Notes: generated from the sequence alone by a model not told the origin. A DNA stretch of 64,000 nucleotides from Nitrospirales bacterium (GCA_965203295.1 CBDBCZ010000019.1:1984001-2048000), one strand, 5' to 3'. Counted from the stretch's first letter, positions 41,222 to 53,156 are shown. Numbers and translations: made by a program.

Positions 41222-41441
41222 CTTCCTATTCCCGCAATTTCCCGCAATATTATACTACCATCCCTTTGTTTATCCTACATTCACTCCCTGATCTATCCTC
41301 TTCGATATTGTGGCATACATCTGAAAAGAAGAAAAAACCTTCAAACAAAAAAGAGGCTTTCCAAACATGTCAAGAAATCTTTGTGGATATTCAAGGTGCC
41401 CTATCCGAACCCAGACGGCGGGCAACAACCGCGAAACAATT

Positions 41442-42635
41442 CTATGGCCGCTTCACTAGCCAACGCAGGGGATCGACCGGTTTGATCCCCTTCCGCAATT
41501 CAAAATAGAGAATGTTATCCTCTATCAGGCCAGAATCTCCAGTCTGACCTAGTGCTTGTCCGGTAGACACCGTATTGTCCACTTTGACATTCAACTTAGA
41601 AGCATGTGCATACAAAGAAAAAAAGCCGTTATGATGATCGAGAATCACAACCTGCCCATACCCCTTCAGCCAATCAGCATACACGACCTTTCCTGCAGAA
41701 ACCGCCCGAATAGTGGTCACCTCACTGGTTCGAATCTCGATACCTTTTTTATGAATGTAGGTATCATAGTTAGGATGTTTCTGACGCCCGAACCGAGTGA
41801 TGACCTTCCCCTGTACAGGCCACAGCAGTGATCCAGCATCGGGACGAAATGCCTTTCGCTGCTTCTTCTCAAGTCTTTCGAGTTTTCGTCGTTGTTCTAA
41901 CTCTTTGAGCAACGCTTCTTTTCGATTCTCCCTCTGCTGGAGAGCTCGTAAGGCCTCAGCATGAAGAGTCTGTTCTTTTTTGAGGCTCTCGAGAATCACC
42001 TTTTTTCTTTTTCGGATTGTTTTTATCTTCTGTAATTTTTTTCCGGTTAACTGTTTGTGACGCAAGAGTGAATCTCGGGCCTCAGACTGTTGAACCTTGA
42101 GAGATGTTTCCGTTTCGATATCGGTTCGATACTTTTCTATGAGAGCATGTTCTCGCTTTGCAATGGTGGAAAGATAATCAAAACGCCGTTGGAATTCAGA
42201 ATATGATCGTGTAGCCAGTAGGGCTTTGAATTTGTTGCCTCGGCCTTCCATATAGAGCAATCGCAATCTCGCCATGATGGACTGACGACCGATCTTGAGT
42301 TGAGATCGTAAACTTTCGAGGTGTTGAGCCACCTCGTCCAATTCCCGGTCAATTTTTTTGAGCTTATGGTTGATCTCTTCGTATTCCCTGTTTTCCTTCG
42401 CTAAGTCTCGATCTACGGTTTCAATGGTCTGGAGGATATCATCATGCTTTTCCTGTGTTTCTTTCTTTTTCTTCTTGGTATGTTGGATCTCTTTTTTCAA
42501 TTGTTCTAAACGGGTTTGCTCACGTTGGATCACGTTCTCAATGGGTTTATCATCTTTCGCGATGGCGTCTAAACGCAATTCCAGCACTCCTAAAAACACC
42601 AAGGGAAAAACGATAAATAGGTGTGTGCGTATCAT
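41442..42635 (-). CDS. envC: Murein hydrolase activator EnvC (coiled coil plus degenerate M23 domain)
   Basis: Long coiled coil, WPVQG and LYFELR..DPLRWL; follows ftsEX. Confidence 0.9.
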   Translation of the reverse strand: MIRTHLFIVFPLVFLGVLELRLDAIAKDDKPIENVIQREQTRLEQLKKEIQHTKKKKKETQEKHDDILQTIETVDRDLAKENREYEEINHKLKKIDRELDEVAQHLESLRSQLKIGRQSIMARLRLLYMEGRGNKFKALLATRSYSEFQRRFDYLSTIAKREHALIEKYRTDIETETSLKVQQSEARDSLLRHKQLTGKKLQKIKTIRKRKKVILESLKKEQTLHAEALRALQQRENRKEALLKELEQRRKLERLEKKQRKAFRPDAGSLLWPVQGKVITRFGRQKHPNYDTYIHKKGIEIRTSEVTTIRAVSAGKVVYADWLKGYGQVVILDHHNGFFSLYAHASKLNVKVDNTVSTGQALGQTGDSGLIEDNILYFELRKGIKPVDPLRWLVKRP

Positions 42636-43534
42636 TAGAGTCTCGTCCTGAGAAGCCCAAAGACTGAATACAGACTACTGAGGAATCCTAACAAAAGCCC
42701 GGCTAGCACTAAAAAAACAGACACCTGGATTGGGAAAAATTGCACAATAGAATTCATTCCCTGAAACCAACCTGATGAATTAATCTCCTGTCGAAAAAAC
42801 TCAAAGACACCCTTGAGCAGCAGTAATGAAAGCCCTCCACCTACTCCGCCTAAAAGGGCCCCTTCTAAGATATACGGCATAGCAATAAACGGGCTCGTCG
42901 CTCCAATCAAACGTAGAATTTCCACTTCCTCTTTTCTGGCATAGAATGAAAGGCGAATCGTATTGGCGATAATGGTCACCGTTGCCAAGGCCAGAATCAC
43001 ACCAATCATCACCGCACCAAATTCGAGATGCCTAACAAACACAGTCAGGGTTTCAATCCATTCACGGCTATAATGAACGTATTCAATATCTGAACGCTTC
43101 TGAAGTCTCTCTGCAAATGCAAATACCGCGTCAGCGGATTGAAATTCTGGGGCGATGGTCAGGACAAATGAAGCCGGGAGGGGATTGGCTCCCATTCCAT
43201 CAAGCAAAGAAGATTCCAAGGGAAATTGTTGGTGAAAGTCCTCCAAGGCTTGGCTTTGTGAGATAAATGTCAGGGAAGCCACAGCCTCTTCACTCTTGAG
43301 TTGACGTTGTAATTCAGCCTGACGTTGCCTTGAAACATCGTCTGTGAGATACACGATGAGCTGAATGTCATCTTGGAAGGAGCCAGCAAGATTTTTGACG
43401 TTGAGATACAACAAAAAAAACAACCCGAAACAGGCGATCGTAAAGGCTGTCGTGATCACACCAATCAAGACACTCGTCCGATGAATTCGAAGGCTGGCCA
43501 ACATTTCCTGAATAAAGAACCAAAATTGTTTCAT
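42635..43534 (-). CDS. ftsX: Cell division permease FtsX
   Basis: NPLPAS, NTIRL..RKEEVEILRLIGAT and PYILEG. Confidence 0.93.
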   Translation of the reverse strand: MKQFWFFIQEMLASLRIHRTSVLIGVITTAFTIACFGLFFLLYLNVKNLAGSFQDDIQLIVYLTDDVSRQRQAELQRQLKSEEAVASLTFISQSQALEDFHQQFPLESSLLDGMGANPLPASFVLTIAPEFQSADAVFAFAERLQKRSDIEYVHYSREWIETLTVFVRHLEFGAVMIGVILALATVTIIANTIRLSFYARKEEVEILRLIGATSPFIAMPYILEGALLGGVGGGLSLLLLKGVFEFFRQEINSSGWFQGMNSIVQFFPIQVSVFLVLAGLLLGFLSSLYSVFGLLRTRL

Positions 43535-44199
43535 TAGCCGGCCCCTTGATCAGAAAGCAACTTGCCAGATTGAAGGTGCATCACACGTCCGTGCATATGC
43601 TCCACCACTAAGGCATTATGGGTGGCCAGCATCACGGTTGTGCCTCGAGCATGAATCTTCTTAAAGAGTTCCGCAATCTCCACCGTCAGATCCATATCGA
43701 GGTTACCTGTGGGTTCATCTGCCAACAAAATCATGGGACTATTGATAATGGCCCTCGCAATACAAACTCTTTGCTGTTCACCAGCCGAAAGGACACCTGT
43801 TCTTGTGGCCCTTTTGTGCTCCAAGCCGACTGCCTTCAATGCCTCTGTTACTTTTCGCCGCACATCTGAAGCAGACATGGCTTGAATGATGAGAGGAAGC
43901 GCCACATTTTCAAATACTGTCTTGAGAGGAAGTAACTTGAAATCTTGCAGCACAAATCCCATGGTCCGACGAAGGTAGGGAATATCTGAGCCCCGGAGCC
44001 TGGCTATATTGCGATTTTGAACAAGAATTTGGCCTTCATCGGGAATCTCAGCACCGAAAATGAGCTTGAGAAGGGTGGTCTTGCCGGCGCCGCTCGGACC
44101 GGTCAATAACACACATTCTCCCTTTTCAATGCGGAAACTCACATCAGACAACGCAGAGCATCGTTCAAAACTTTTGGAGACATGGAAAAACTGTATCAT
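43534..44199 (-). CDS. ftsE: Cell division ATPase FtsE
   Basis: GPSGAGKTT, IPYLRR..QDFKLL and ADEPTGNLD. Confidence 0.95.
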   Translation of the reverse strand: MIQFFHVSKSFERCSALSDVSFRIEKGECVLLTGPSGAGKTTLLKLIFGAEIPDEGQILVQNRNIARLRGSDIPYLRRTMGFVLQDFKLLPLKTVFENVALPLIIQAMSASDVRRKVTEALKAVGLEHKRATRTGVLSAGEQQRVCIARAIINSPMILLADEPTGNLDMDLTVEIAELFKKIHARGTTVMLATHNALVVEHMHGRVMHLQSGKLLSDQGAG

Positions 44200-44359
44200 G
44201 CGTTATTCACTCATTTCGTCTCCACTCCAAGCTCCAACCCATCGGCCTGTTTGGTTCAAACTATCTATCGGAGAAACTATTCATGATGTATTTCAAATCA
44301 AAGGAACCAAAATTGCTTGTACTGTTCATTCAACCATGTTTGGAGAGATTTCCTCCAAC

Positions 44360-44752
44360 CTACACCCACCATCGCAAATCATTTCCAGGGACTTCAAAGG
44401 CATGTTCAATATGCTCTAACTTCCCTTGGGCTACCGAGTCTTCTTGATACAGCACGACATCAAATCGACAGGGACGTTGACTCAGGTTTCTGAGCGTTAA
44501 ATACTGTGAAGCTAACTTAACGAGTCGCTGTTCTTTTCGGGGGCTTATGGCATAGACCGCTCCACCAAAGTCGGTCGTTCGCCGAGCTTTTACCTCCACG
44601 AAGACCACCATTTCATCCATTTCTGCCACGAGATCAATCTCTCCATTAGTAAACCGAATATTTCGGTCTAAAATTCGATAACCCTTGCCACGTAGTAAAT
44701 GTTCAGCAGCAGACTCGGCTTTCTTTCCATAGGCTTGCCGGTCACCGCTCAT
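44360..44752 (-). CDS. yraN: YraN family (UPF0102) putative endonuclease
   Basis: GEIDLV..FVEVKAR and RFDVV. Confidence 0.93.
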   Translation of the reverse strand: MSGDRQAYGKKAESAAEHLLRGKGYRILDRNIRFTNGEIDLVAEMDEMVVFVEVKARRTTDFGGAVYAISPRKEQRLVKLASQYLTLRNLSQRPCRFDVVLYQEDSVAQGKLEHIEHAFEVPGNDLRWWV

Positions 44753-45399
44753 TCCGCATCTTCTTTCCCCTCATTTGAAGCCATGACAGGTCGAAAACTG
44801 CGACGATGGATGAGGCAGGGACCATATTTTTTGAGAAGTGAAAGATGCTCCGCAGTCGGATACCCCTTGTGGGTATGAAAATTATAGCATGGGAATTGTC
44901 GATGAAACTGCTCCATGGCCCGGTCACGGGTGACCTTAGCAAGCACAGAAGCTGCAGCAATGGACAAAGATAATTGATCGCCTTTGACGATGGATCGTTG
45001 AGGAAGACGAATACCAGGAAGCGTGGCCGCATCAATTAAGAGAAAATCAGGAGAAATATCTAGAGCCAAGATGGCTCGGGTCCAAGCCAAGCGAGTGGCC
45101 TCGAGAATATTGGAAGAATCGATTTCGGCAGCTGACCTCTGTCCAATACCCCAGGCAACAGCCTGACCAATAATTTCCTCATACAACCTTTCTCGTTCGG
45201 CTTGCACAAGTTGTTTTGAATCATCCAATCCTGAAAGGGGACACTTGTGAGGAAGGATAACGGCAGCACCCACCACCGGACCAGCGAGAGGCCCTCGGCC
45301 TGCTTCATCAAGACCGGCAATAGACTGGAACCCACAGGCGCGGGCTTCATTTTCAAAAAATCGCGTCGGCGCCTTGTCGTGGATGCCGTTAGGATGCAC
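44749..45399 (-). CDS. rnhB: Ribonuclease HII
   Basis: GLDEAGRGPLAGPV, DSKQL, AASVLAKV and HKGYPT. Confidence 0.97.
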   Translation of the reverse strand: MHPNGIHDKAPTRFFENEARACGFQSIAGLDEAGRGPLAGPVVGAAVILPHKCPLSGLDDSKQLVQAERERLYEEIIGQAVAWGIGQRSAAEIDSSNILEATRLAWTRAILALDISPDFLLIDAATLPGIRLPQRSIVKGDQLSLSIAAASVLAKVTRDRAMEQFHRQFPCYNFHTHKGYPTAEHLSLLKKYGPCLIHRRSFRPVMASNEGKEDAE

Positions 45400-45601
45400 G
45401 CCTCACCGTTGGCTAACGATCAAGACAGATGAACACCCAAATTCCACTATACGGCAGATAAGAGGTTAACGGGAAACATTGGAGCCCATGAATGGCCTAT
45501 TAGCGGACTTCACCTGACTGTTATTGTATCGTTTCTGAGAAGGTAAAACATCCTCTAAGAATTCAGTGTGGCTGGAATAGCATCTTTGCAATCTAGGAGG
45601 C

Positions 45602-46036
45602 TCAGTTCTCGGACTTTCCATCCTCGGGATTTTGCGTCTTTTCAGATGATTCAGGCACTGCAGCCAAAATCTTGGGGGCTTTCACCGTTTTGGAATATTC
45701 TCGTTCAGAGACTTTTGCTTCTTTCCCTTTCTTGGTTCGGAGGTAATACAATTTGGCCCGGCGAACTTTTCCTTTTCGGATGACATCAATTCTTCCAATA
45801 GTTGGCGAATGGACCGGGAAAATACGCTCCACTCCTACTCCATAGGATATTTTTCGAACGGTAAAGGTTTCTCTTTCACGTTTGCCTTTCCGGGCAATCA
45901 CGAATCCTTCAAAAATCTGAATTCGTTCTTTTTCCCCTTCAATGACCTTCACATGCACCCGAACGGTATCGCCGATTTCGAACACAGGCACCGTGCCTGA
46001 AAATATCGATGCCTCCAGTCGCTGTAATTGATTCAT
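45602..46036 (-). CDS. rplS: 50S ribosomal protein L19
   Basis: [17 protein letters not shown] and [12 protein letters not shown]; start MNQL at 46036. Confidence 0.97.
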   Translation of the reverse strand: MNQLQRLEASIFSGTVPVFEIGDTVRVHVKVIEGEKERIQIFEGFVIARKGKRERETFTVRKISYGVGVERIFPVHSPTIGRIDVIRKGKVRRAKLYYLRTKKGKEAKVSEREYSKTVKAPKILAAVPESSEKTQNPEDGKSEN

Positions 46037-46040
46037 GTTG

Positions 46041-46814
46041 TTACCCCTCCTCCCCACTGCCGACCGGTGTTTCCTGTCGGGTTTCTTGGACAATTTCTTC
46101 TAATAAAAGTTTATCTTCTGAAGTCAACTTCTCACGATTCAACAAGTCCGGTCGCTTCGTGTACGTGTTCCGAAGAGCTTCTTTGCGTCGCCATCGCCGA
46201 ATAGCTTCATGATTCCCCGAAAGCAAGATATCTGGAACCGTCAACCCACGAACACCTAAAGGTCGCGTATAATGAGGAAAGTCCAGGAATGACTGCGCGA
46301 AGGAATCATGTTCAGCTGATGCAGGGTCACCCAAGACCCCGGGAATCAACCGCACTGCAGCATCAAGCATCACAAGCGAGGGAAGTTCCCCACCCGTCAG
46401 CACGTAATCTCCGATAGAGACCTCCTCGGGCTGTAAGCCAGAGAAGACCCGTTCATCGATTCCTTCATAATGCCCACACACCCACACGATTCGCTTCTGT
46501 TCTTGACTGAACTCCAAGGCCATAGATTGTGAAAACTGAACTCCCTGCGGCGAAGGCAGAATGAGACGAAGATCATTTCCCTCGGATTCCAAGGTTTCAA
46601 CTGCCCTGAAAATAGGCTCGGCCTTCATCACCATTCCAGCCCCACCTCCATAGGGGGAATCATCTGCGACTCGATGACGATCATCGATAAAATGCCGAAT
46701 ATCATGGACGTGAATGGAAACAAGCCCTTTTTCTTGGGCCCGCTTAAGAATACTCTGCGAAATGACCCCTGTAATAAAGTCTGGGAATAAGGTCAGGACG
46801 TCACAACGCATCAT
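46041..46814 (-). CDS. trmD: tRNA (guanine37-N1)-methyltransferase
   Basis: [30 protein letters not shown] and SGNHEAI. Confidence 0.97.
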   Translation of the reverse strand: MMRCDVLTLFPDFITGVISQSILKRAQEKGLVSIHVHDIRHFIDDRHRVADDSPYGGGAGMVMKAEPIFRAVETLESEGNDLRLILPSPQGVQFSQSMALEFSQEQKRIVWVCGHYEGIDERVFSGLQPEEVSIGDYVLTGGELPSLVMLDAAVRLIPGVLGDPASAEHDSFAQSFLDFPHYTRPLGVRGLTVPDILLSGNHEAIRRWRRKEALRNTYTKRPDLLNREKLTSEDKLLLEEIVQETRQETPVGSGEEG

Positions 46815-47334
46815 GCTCTGTCACCAACCCATAACGTGATTCAACAACCATCATCCCATCTTTCAAATCGACCTTGATTACCATCTTTTGAGTAGCTGGA
46901 ATCCACATTTCTTCTGAACCATTTCGAACGACAAAAACATGCTGGGCAGGTAGTTCTAACACTTCTTCCAGCGTCCCCAATCGATGCCCAGCCTTATCTT
47001 CAACGGTCAGTCCAATTAATTCAAACTGATAATGCTCACCCGGGGGCAGAGGGGGCATTTGTTGCTTAGGTATTTTCAACCATGCGTGTTGGAAACGACG
47101 AGCCTCCTCGGGAGTGGAAAATGCTAAAAATTTTAACAGATAGGACCGTTTATCCACTCGAACATGACTCACCTTTGTTGAAATCAATTCCCCAGAATGA
47201 GTCTCCAGGATGATGTCATCAAGTCCCTCCAACCGGCCAGGCACATCGGTCAGTGATTGAACTCGCACTTCTCCCCCCACTCCAAAGGGTTTCAAAATCT
47301 TCCCAACCGTAATTAACTCGTCGGGCTCAGACAT
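46801..47334 (-). CDS. rimM: Ribosome maturation factor RimM
   Basis: VGKILKPFGVGGEV and ELIGLTV; lies between rpsP and trmD. Confidence 0.93.
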   Translation of the reverse strand: MSEPDELITVGKILKPFGVGGEVRVQSLTDVPGRLEGLDDIILETHSGELISTKVSHVRVDKRSYLLKFLAFSTPEEARRFQHAWLKIPKQQMPPLPPGEHYQFELIGLTVEDKAGHRLGTLEEVLELPAQHVFVVRNGSEEMWIPATQKMVIKVDLKDGMMVVESRYGLVTEHDAL

Positions 47335-47427
47335 CGGACAACTCTGCAACTGATACGTCAAACTTTCTTCGATGTCAGGACTACCCTCGCCAAAGAGTTA
47401 AAACAGGTGGTGCTTAAGGTTGTCGCA

Positions 47428-47712
47428 TCAGGAAGGGAATTGCGATTGCTTCCTTGATTCTTCAAAGGTCTTCAAAATTCCTGACCGACGCAGAAGCGTC
47501 CGAACCGTCATAGAAGGCTGGGCACCTTTTTGCAACCAGTCTAGCACACGATCTTGTTTTAGATCGGCGATAGGTGGATCTTTTAAGGGATCAAACGTTC
47601 CCACTACTTCCAAACAACGGCCATCCCTTCGTGAGCGAGCGTCAATCGCCACAACCCGATAAAAGGGCCGTTTGTGTCTACCCATCCGTGTTAACCGTAA
47701 ATGTACTGCCAC
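47428..47712 (-). CDS. rpsP: 30S ribosomal protein S16
   Basis: RLTRMGRHKRPFYRVV and WLQKGAQPS; GTG start at 47712. Confidence 0.96.
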   Translation of the reverse strand: MAVHLRLTRMGRHKRPFYRVVAIDARSRRDGRCLEVVGTFDPLKDPPIADLKQDRVLDWLQKGAQPSMTVRTLLRRSGILKTFEESRKQSQFPS

Positions 47713-47794
47713 GTAATCCTCTCCCTTGTCATAAATGAACCACAGAGCAGTGAGCCTCACGTTTCTCCCAATGCCCAGTGGAGTATAGTAGAAG

Positions 47795-49165
47795 TTAATA
47801 CGATTGAAGGGCCCGGATCAACTTCCGCTTCTTCCCTTTCTTTCCCGGTCCTCCCCCTAACAATGATTTCATCATGGTCCGAGCGCCCAAAAACTGCTTG
47901 ATCAGCCGATTCACTTCTTGAACAGATGTCCCACTCCCACGAGCAATCCGTTTTTTCCGACTCCCGTTGATAATCGTATGATCGCCCCGCTCTCGAAGAG
48001 TCATCGAGTTAATCATCGCCACAACCCGTTTTAATTCCTTTTCCGGCAGATTGCCATTCACCCCTCCCGCCATAGTTTTCAGCCGTTCACCGCCAGGGAG
48101 CATACCTAAAATCTGATCAAAAGAGCCCATTCGATTGACTTGAAGGATTTGATCACGAAAATCTTCTAACGTCAGCGAGCTGCTCGAGACTTTTCGTTGA
48201 ATGACTTCGGCTTCTTCCCGAGAATAGGTCTCCTGTGCCTTCTCAATCAAGGAAAGCACATCACCCATTCCCAAAATCCGTGAAGCCATTCGGTCGGGGT
48301 GGAAAACTTCCAACGCGTCGGTTTTCTCGCCTACCCCAAGAAACTTGATGGGCGTTCCTGTCGAGGCTTTGATCGATAAAACGGCCCCTCCCCGAGCATC
48401 GCCCTCAACCTTGGTTAAAATGACACCTGTCAAGGCAACCCTTTGGTCAAACTGCTCGGCCACATTCACGGCTTCTTGGCCAGTCATGGCATCCGCAACC
48501 AATAGAATCTCGTGAGGAGCGACGGCACTTTTGATCTCCTCCAACTCGCACATCAGTTCATCATCGATATGAAGGCGTCCACCTGTGTCCAAGATCACGA
48601 TGTCATAGCCATGCTCTCTTCCTCTCTGGACTCCTTCAGCACACATGCGGACCATTTCTGAACGCGAAGCTTCAACATGATCGGCTCGATGAACTGCCAC
48701 GTCCAATTCAGCGGCTAAAGACGCCAACTGATCCCCGGCTGCAGGACGTCGTGGATCCGCCGCCAGTAAGAACACGCGTTTTCCTTGGCCTTTAAAGAGT
48801 CGGGCCAGTTTGCCGCAGGATGTGGTTTTCCCTGCACCCTGGAGACCCACCATCATGACAATGGTCGGTGGAAGAGAAGAGAGGGCCAATCCCGCCTGTT
48901 CATGATCCATCAAATCGCGAAGTTCTTCCCACACAATTTTGACGACTTGATGGCCAGGGGTGAGGCTCTCCAATACCTCTCGCCCAACGGCTTTTTCTTG
49001 GACGCGGCTAATAAAATCTTTAACGATTTTGAAATTGACATCTGCTTCAAGAAGGGCCAAACGGACCTCTTTCAAGGCTTCGCGGACATTGTCTTCAGTC
49101 AGAATCCCCTGACCGCGGAGCTTCTTCAGAACTGTGTCAATTTTTTCCGTGAGAGCAGTGAACAT
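47795..49165 (-). CDS. ffh: Signal recognition particle protein
   Basis: ALLEADV, GLQGAGKTT, DTGGR, GDARGG and RIARGSG. Confidence 0.97.
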   Translation of the reverse strand: MFTALTEKIDTVLKKLRGQGILTEDNVREALKEVRLALLEADVNFKIVKDFISRVQEKAVGREVLESLTPGHQVVKIVWEELRDLMDHEQAGLALSSLPPTIVMMVGLQGAGKTTSCGKLARLFKGQGKRVFLLAADPRRPAAGDQLASLAAELDVAVHRADHVEASRSEMVRMCAEGVQRGREHGYDIVILDTGGRLHIDDELMCELEEIKSAVAPHEILLVADAMTGQEAVNVAEQFDQRVALTGVILTKVEGDARGGAVLSIKASTGTPIKFLGVGEKTDALEVFHPDRMASRILGMGDVLSLIEKAQETYSREEAEVIQRKVSSSSLTLEDFRDQILQVNRMGSFDQILGMLPGGERLKTMAGGVNGNLPEKELKRVVAMINSMTLRERGDHTIINGSRKKRIARGSGTSVQEVNRLIKQFLGARTMMKSLLGGGPGKKGKKRKLIRALQSY

Positions 49166-49276
49166 CCTCAAAGAACTCCTTACTTACAGGAATATTTACG
49201 TAACTGTTGAATACTTGAAAAATTCTCATAGTGTCGTTCACATGTGATTTAGTCTCATGAAAGTCCAAGAGCGAGA

Positions 49277-49543
49277 GGGGATGTTCAAAAAGGCGCGCTC
49301 AGCAGGATCGTGCGCCGAGCCTCCCGTCCTGCTTTCCCAGGGGCGCCGCCCCTAGGACGGCCCCAACAAACGGACCTATGACCCCTCGAAGGGGGAACAC
49401 CCTCTTCGAGCAACCCACATACCGAGTGATACAATCACTCAGCGTACAAGGCCGCAGGCACTTTGGCGAGCGGAGCGTACGGGTCAGTATGTGAGCACGA
49501 GAAAGGGCCGAGAACGCCGCTGACGCCCTTTTTCAACATTCCC
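49277..49543. mobile_element. MITE-like element with GGGxATGTTxAAAAAGG terminal inverted repeats
   Basis: GGGGATGTTCAAAAAGG (49277-49293) versus the reverse complement of the right end, GGGAATGTTGAAAAAGG, 15/17; GC-rich hairpin-containing interior. Confidence 0.7.
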
Positions 49544-49723
49544 GTTACGTAAACTTATGGAGTCTAGAGAAGGGCATAACAGCCTGTCAAGCGAACGATA
49601 GCCCATTGCCATTTTCTTGACTTCACAAGAGGATTCACATATGGTGCCTAGTTGATTACCCCTAGAATAGGTTGCGGAGAATGCTCCTCAGCAAACACCC
49701 ATGATGGTCACAGGTTTTCTGTC

Positions 49724-49984
49724 GTGAAGAAATCAGGCTGGACATTACTCATGTTTATTTTTATCGGTGGGCTTCTTGGGGGAATGCTGGGGGAAATCCT
49801 ACGGGTCTTTACTCCATCAGGCACGATTCAGAATATCTTTTCCAGGGTCGTATCTCCTGGATTAGATCCTCCATTCACCGTTGACTTGGTCTTGATCAAA
49901 ATTACCATCGGCTTCATTTTAAAGATAAATCTCCTGACGATATTAGGGATCTTTCTAGGTATTTACCTGTATAAAAACGTTTAA
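49724..49984 (+). CDS. DUF4321-like small membrane protein
   Basis: [28 protein letters not shown] pattern. Confidence 0.75.
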   Translation: MKKSGWTLLMFIFIGGLLGGMLGEILRVFTPSGTIQNIFSRVVSPGLDPPFTVDLVLIKITIGFILKINLLTILGIFLGIYLYKNV

Positions 49985-51981
49985 CTCCCTACCCACAGCT
50001 CTTTCTGTCGCAACTGGCGGATCCTATCACGAATTTTAGCAGCACGCTCAAACTCTAACTCTTTCGCCGCCGCTTTCATCTCCTTTTCCAATCCCTCAAT
50101 CGTTTTTTCAATACCTCCTTCAGAGGCATACATCTCCTCTTCTTCCGCAGCAAGTTCACATTCCACATAGTCCGCCTCAGCCATTTGATAGTCCATTTCA
50201 TAAATTCGCTTTTTAATGGTTTCAGGGGTAATCCCATGCTTAGTGTTATAGTCACGTTGAATTTGACGCCGCCGTGTCGTCTCTTCCAATGCCACCCGCA
50301 TGGAATCCGTGATGACATCGCCATACAGAATCACTCTTCCCTCACTGTTCCGAGCCGCCCGTCCCGCAGTCTGAATAAGGGATCGATGTCCACGTAAAAA
50401 CCCTTCTTTGTCGGCATCCAACACACCGATCAAACTCACTTCCGGTAGATCCAATCCTTCCCGAAGCAAATTAATGCCGATCAACACATCAAAGACTCCT
50501 CGACGAAGGTCCCGGATAATTTCAGCTCTCTCCAATGTGACAATATCGGAGTGCATGTATCGTACCTTCAAGCCCAGATCATGGTAATACTCCGTGAGAT
50601 CTTCAGCCATTTGCTTCGTCAAAGTTGTCACCAAGACTCGATGCCCTCGTGCAACAGTTGCTTTGATTTCCCCAAGGAGGTGGTCGACTTGTCCCTTAGC
50701 CGGCAGAACGTCCATAACAGGATCCACCAAGCCGGTGGGACGAATAATCTGTTCGACGATGGCTTTCCCAGCCCGTTTGAGTTCATACGGTCCTGGTGTT
50801 GCTGACACATAGACCACCTGATTCATGCACTGCTCGAATTCTCGAAAGGTGAGAGGGCGATTATCAAAAGCCGAGGGAAGTCGAAAGCCATAATTAACCA
50901 AGCTCTTTTTCCGTGAATGGTCTCCTTCATACATTCCCTTCACTTGGGGAATCGTCGCATGGGACTCATCCACGATCAGCAAATAGTCCTTGGGAAAGTA
51001 ATCCATCAAAGTCGGTGGCGGCTCACCCTGTTTTCGACCGCTGAGATGACGGGAATAGTTCTCGATCCCATGACAATATCCCATTGCCCGAATCATTTCT
51101 AAGTCAAATTTGGTTCGTTGTTCAATTCGCTGGGCTTCAAGGAGTTGTTGGTTGTTGCGGAAAAACGCGATCCGTTCTTCCAGCTCCTCTTCAATTCCCA
51201 TCAATGCTTGATCATATCGATCAGGCGCAATGACGTAATGGCTCTTTGGATAAATGGGGATTTTGGAAAGACGTTGGAGAGATTTCCCGGTCAGAGGATC
51301 AATTTCGTAAATTGCGTCGACTACATCACCGAATAATTCCACACGAATGGTATTGGAGTCCGAAGAGGACGGAAAAATCTCAATCACATCACCCCGAACC
51401 CTGAAGGACCCTCGATGTAAATCAAGATCATTTCTGGAATATTGAATGTCAACCAATTTAGCGAGAATCGTCTCCCGCCGAATCTCCATTTCCTCTTCCA
51501 AAAACAGCAACATGCCGTGATACACCCCTGGGGACCCCAAGCCATAAATACACGAGACAGAGGCGACGATCACAATATCATCCCGTTCTAACAGCGCTGA
51601 CGTTCCCGCATGTCTCATTTGATCGATGGTATCGTTGATCGAAGCATCCTTCGCAATATAGGTATCTGTCGTGGGAATGTAGGCTTCAGGCTGGTAATAA
51701 TCGTAATAGCTCACGAAATATTCCACGGCATTGTCAGGGAAAAAACTTTTAAACTCCTGATACAGTTGAGCAGCCAGTGTTTTATTGTGAACCACAACCA
51801 GGGTCGGCCTCTGAACATGAGCAATCACATTCGCCATCGTAAAGGTTTTCCCAGACCCCGTGACACCTAGAAGGACTTGATGTTTTTGCCTTTCTTGGAT
51901 CGCAGTTGTCAGAGACTCAATGGCCTTCGCTTGGTCACCTTTCGGGGAAAATTCAGATTTGAGAATAAATTGAGACATCAC
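49981..51981 (-). CDS. uvrB: Excinuclease ABC subunit B
   Basis: [32 protein letters not shown] and a C-terminal UVR domain. Confidence 0.98.
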   Translation of the reverse strand: MMSQFILKSEFSPKGDQAKAIESLTTAIQERQKHQVLLGVTGSGKTFTMANVIAHVQRPTLVVVHNKTLAAQLYQEFKSFFPDNAVEYFVSYYDYYQPEAYIPTTDTYIAKDASINDTIDQMRHAGTSALLERDDIVIVASVSCIYGLGSPGVYHGMLLFLEEEMEIRRETILAKLVDIQYSRNDLDLHRGSFRVRGDVIEIFPSSSDSNTIRVELFGDVVDAIYEIDPLTGKSLQRLSKIPIYPKSHYVIAPDRYDQALMGIEEELEERIAFFRNNQQLLEAQRIEQRTKFDLEMIRAMGYCHGIENYSRHLSGRKQGEPPPTLMDYFPKDYLLIVDESHATIPQVKGMYEGDHSRKKSLVNYGFRLPSAFDNRPLTFREFEQCMNQVVYVSATPGPYELKRAGKAIVEQIIRPTGLVDPVMDVLPAKGQVDHLLGEIKATVARGHRVLVTTLTKQMAEDLTEYYHDLGLKVRYMHSDIVTLERAEIIRDLRRGVFDVLIGINLLREGLDLPEVSLIGVLDADKEGFLRGHRSLIQTAGRAARNSEGRVILYGDVITDSMRVALEETTRRRQIQRDYNTKHGITPETIKKRIYEMDYQMAEADYVECELAAEEEEMYASEGGIEKTIEGLEKEMKAAAKELEFERAAKIRDRIRQLRQKELWVGS

Positions 51982-52247
51982 GATACTCGGACGTGATCAT
52001 ATCATACCTGCAGACAGATTCGACTGAATACAGAAAATGGCAGCTGAGGACTCTAAGTCATTTCCAGGAAAGAGAATAGGGTAGACGCAACCATGGGATC
52101 AAGATTGAATCCTTCTTCGACTTCTTAGGAGTAACGCTCTAAGATCCCATCGCAGTCTCCATCCGTAAAAAGCCGTTCTGAGAAGAAAGCCTAGAGATTG
52201 AAGCTCTAGGCAAAGACATCGATTCCCTGGTATCCTCGGCCCCCACA

Positions 52248-53156
52248 TTGAAGAAAAACAAATCCAGGAAGCACAAGAAAGACAAGATGAACTCTAAACA
52301 CCACGGGCACATGCCCTCTTCAACCATGGCAGACATCGCAGATCGACATCTCCTCTACGAAAAAAGTGTCCAGAGTCCAGAAGAGGATGCGAATTTTCTC
52401 ATCAGCTACTTTACCAACTACATGGGACAGGAGCTGCAGGTATTCCGCGAAGACTTTTGTGGAACAGCAGCACTTGCCTGCCATATTGTCAAAAGCCATC
52501 GTGACATCCGCGTTATCGGAGCCGACTATCACGGTCCCACCCTGGCCTGGGGAATGAAGCACAATGTCAGTCAACTTACAACAAACCAACAGAGACGTAT
52601 TCAACTCCTTGAAGCCGACGTTCTCGACATCCAAACCCCTAAAGCCGACCTGATTGCAGCCTTAAATTTCAGCTACCAAGGATTTCGCGACCGTCCGAGC
52701 CTTCTTGGTTATATGGCAAACGCGAAAGCTTCTCTAAAACCAGAGGGACTTCTTATCATGGACCTCTGGGGAGGCAGCGAAAGCCAAGTGCTGCAAGAAG
52801 AAGAACGGGAAATTGAGAACTCTAATAATGACGGCATTGGCAACTTCTCATACATTTGGGACCAGGAAGCCTTCGACCCAGCCACGTATCACTGCACGAC
52901 TCGAATTCACTTTTCCTTTAGAGACGGGAGTGAGATGCGAAACGCCTTCACGTATGAATGGCGGTTATGGACGCTCCCTGAAGTCATGGAACTCATGCAA
53001 GAAGCCGGCTTTCATGATATCCATTTCCTGTGGGAAGGCACCGACCCAAAGACCGGGGAAGGTAACGGCATCTACACACCGGCCAAGCATGGAGAAGCTG
53101 ATTTGGCCTGGATAGCCTACGCGGTAGGCCAAAAACCAAAAAAAAACTCTCCATAG
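52248..53156 (+). CDS. Class I SAM-dependent methyltransferase
   Basis: LYEKSVQ, REDFCGTA, DLIAALNFS and AFTYEWRLWT. Confidence 0.85.
   Translation: MKKNKSRKHKKDKMNSKHHGHMPSSTMADIADRHLLYEKSVQSPEEDANFLISYFTNYMGQELQVFREDFCGTAALACHIVKSHRDIRVIGADYHGPTLAWGMKHNVSQLTTNQQRRIQLLEADVLDIQTPKADLIAALNFSYQGFRDRPSLLGYMANAKASLKPEGLLIMDLWGGSESQVLQEEEREIENSNNDGIGNFSYIWDQEAFDPATYHCTTRIHFSFRDGSEMRNAFTYEWRLWTLPEVMELMQEAGFHDIHFLWEGTDPKTGEGNGIYTPAKHGEADLAWIAYAVGQKPKKNSP

Noticed and set aside
49170..49650. SRP (4.5S) RNA next to ffh
   Set aside because: No CAGG-CCGGAAGG-AGCAG domain IV motif; the structure is better explained by a TIR-bounded element.
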